Positions 62,640 to 64,000 of a stretch of DNA of 64,000 nt are shown here, piece by piece. This stretch comes from Clostridiales bacterium (GTDB lineage Bacteria; Bacillota; Clostridia; Christensenellales; Borkfalkiaceae): contig SVIM01000004.1 of NCBI GenBank assembly GCA_015069485.1, positions 4,385 to 68,384 on the forward strand, read 5' to 3'. Every line of letters begins with the position of its first letter. Position 1 is the stretch's first letter. Below the pieces are notes generated by a model. That model was not told the origin of the DNA. It worked only from the letters and a program-made list of their open reading frames with translations, and did not search any database. The position numbers and the translations under genes are program-made.

Positions 62640-63721
62640 CTTTTAATTTTACCCCCTTCTATTTTTATTTTATTTACTTCCTTGCCGTACAAAACCCTTT
62701 CGGCGTGGGTGCATGTTAAAATAGTTTGCAAGCCTTGGGTGCGCTCTACCAGCTTTTTGCGACGGGGAAGATCTAACTCACTCATAACGTCGTCCAAAAT
62801 TAAAACGGGGTATTCACCGCTAATTTCCTTAAAAATTTCCACTTCAGCAAGCTTAATAGAAAGCGCAGCCGTCCTTGTTTGCCCCTGCGACGCAAAAATT
62901 TTAGCGTCCAAGCCGTTAATATCTATACCGATATCGTCACGGTGAGGGCCCGACGCCGTATAGCCCAAGCGAATATCCCTTTCGTAGTTTGCTTCCAGCT
63001 CGCTAAAAAGCCTTTTTGCAAGTTCAAGCTCGTCCCCCTTATATTTTTTTTCGGGGTAAACACAAAGCTCTTCTTTATTATCCGTTAAAAAAGCGTGCGT
63101 GCTTTTTGCAAGAGGAGCAAGGCTTTCGATAAATTCTGCGCGCTTTCTGGCAATGGTGGACGCGTACTTACACAACTGCTCGTCCCACACGGGTAAAGTG
63201 TCGTAAATCAAGGATATATCGCGGTTTTTTAATAAATTGTTGCGCTGTTCTAAAATTTTATTGTAGCGCATAAGCGCAGTATAATAGGGCTTTGAAAGCT
63301 GTGATATAGATACGTTTAAAAACCTTCTTCTCTCGTCGGGGCCGTCCTGAATAAGACGCAATTCGTGCGGGGAGAAAAACACGGCGAAAATGTTACCCAA
63401 AAGGTCGGCGTTTTTGCTTATTTTATTGCCGTTTACCCTAACCTCTCTGCCGTTATCCATAATTTTAGCGTAAAGGTTTACTTCGCCGTATCTGCCTTCT
63501 GCCACCGTGGAAATTTCGGCAAATTCAGCGCCGTCGCGGATTAATTGCTTTTCCCTACGGGCGCGCGGAGAAACGCCGGTGCAAAGGTAAAAAACTGCTT
63601 CGGCGCAGTTGGTTTTGCCCTGCGCGTTTTTGCCGAACAGAACGTTTAACCCATCCGAAAAGGAAAAATCCTCCTCCAAATAATTTCTAAAATTTTTCAA
63701 ATTCAAATTTTTTATCCGCAT
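62636..63721 (-). CDS. recF: DNA replication and repair protein RecF
   Basis: The protein starts MRIKNLNLKNFRNY. Walker A: GKNAQGKTN. Signature: SQGQTRTAALSIKLAE. Walker B: ILILDDVMSELD. Confidence 0.93.
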   Translation of the reverse strand: MRIKNLNLKNFRNYLEEDFSFSDGLNVLFGKNAQGKTNCAEAVFYLCTGVSPRARREKQLIRDGAEFAEISTVAEGRYGEVNLYAKIMDNGREVRVNGNKISKNADLLGNIFAVFFSPHELRLIQDGPDERRRFLNVSISQLSKPYYTALMRYNKILEQRNNLLKNRDISLIYDTLPVWDEQLCKYASTIARKRAEFIESLAPLAKSTHAFLTDNKEELCVYPEKKYKGDELELAKRLFSELEANYERDIRLGYTASGPHRDDIGIDINGLDAKIFASQGQTRTAALSIKLAEVEIFKEISGEYPVLILDDVMSELDLPRRKKLVERTQGLQTILTCTHAERVLYGKEVNKIKIEGGKIKR

Positions 63722-63896
63722 TTTAGCCCAAAATACTTTATTTTAATGATTTTTTATATTATAATAAAGTAGTAAAGATTTTCTTAACGGTTTTAAAGCT
63801 TTTTTGGGCAATTTTATTGCCGATTTGCTTTTTTTATAAAACCATTTTTATTATATCAAATTTTAAGCAAAAAAACAAAGGATTTAAGGTGAAAAT

Positions 63897-64000
63897 ATGA
63901 CTGAAAAAGGGAACTTTGACTTTTTATATAACCCCATAAAAGAAAAGATGAAGGAAATTATTTCTCCCATTACTTTTAGTACTTACATCGAAAACCTTGA
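63897..64000 (+). CDS. 5'-partial view of a gene whose N-terminus resembles DnaA domain I (runs off window end)
   Basis: AAGGTG lies 5 nt upstream of ATG 63897. MTEKGNFDFLYNPIKEKMKEIISPITFSTYIENL resembles the ..W..l..l...ls...F.TWI..l pattern of DnaA N-termini. Only 34 codons are visible. Confidence 0.35.
   Translation, partial: MTEKGNFDFLYNPIKEKMKEIISPITFSTYIENL

Noticed and set aside
63722-63896. oriC in the recF-dnaA spacer
   Set aside because: The spacer is AT-rich but has no cluster of DnaA boxes. The only one-mismatch box (TTATCCGCA, 63712-63720) lies just outside it, overlapping the recF start codon. An origin cannot be called from this window.

Overview
This 64-kb chromosomal segment comes from a low-GC Gram-positive anaerobe. 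Gene content looks Clostridia-like: [FeFe]-hydrogenase, rubrerythrin, prmA-rsmE-mtaB, plsX-rnc-smc-ftsY, RqcP and YitT. I call 41 CDS (two partial at the window edges) and one tRNA-Leu(UAG). I see no rRNA, CRISPR, transposase, integrase or phage genes.

From 20 to 64 kb the content is mostly core housekeeping: valS, a NitT/TauT-type ABC transporter, a WYL regulator, prmA-rsmE-mtaB-HIT, an [FeFe]-hydrogenase with a TrxR-like flavoprotein, a CDF transporter, GH18, DUF368, rpoB-rpoC, rqcP, yitT, ispDF, radA, rubrerythrin, ftsY-smc-rnc-plsX, asnS and recF-PHP-VanW. A probable dnaA start sits at the right edge. Most coding length is on the minus strand, which fits a position just left of the replication origin.

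From 1 to 20 kb there is an accessory cell-surface locus:
- A >2,128-aa S8 protease with BspA-type LRRs. It is absent from the supplied ORF track because it runs off the window.
- A 1,495-aa GLUG/InlB-B-repeat protein.
- A 5-TM protein with a CxxC tail, coupled to a NapH-like polyferredoxin fused to an extracytoplasmic TlpA-type thioredoxin.
- Two lipoproteins built from Ig-like modules, one carrying an embedded WCGPC thioredoxin domain.
- A membrane-anchored MBL-fold hydrolase.

The extracytoplasmic redox pair or cluster is my best candidate for an undescribed system.

Non-coding highlights:
- A recurrent ~25-30-nt element (consensus about TAnTTGCnCCATATATGGnGGTTAAT) lies next to gene 3' ends and terminator hairpins, in at least 8 copies.
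- A 115-bp tandem repeat (2.6 copies) lies between asnS and plsX.
- A TTATGCATAA / TACAATTATACA motif pair is shared by the upstream regions of two surface-protein genes.
- A near-identical 18-mer occurs at two distant loci.

All functional calls come from my own reading of the translations. No searches were run.
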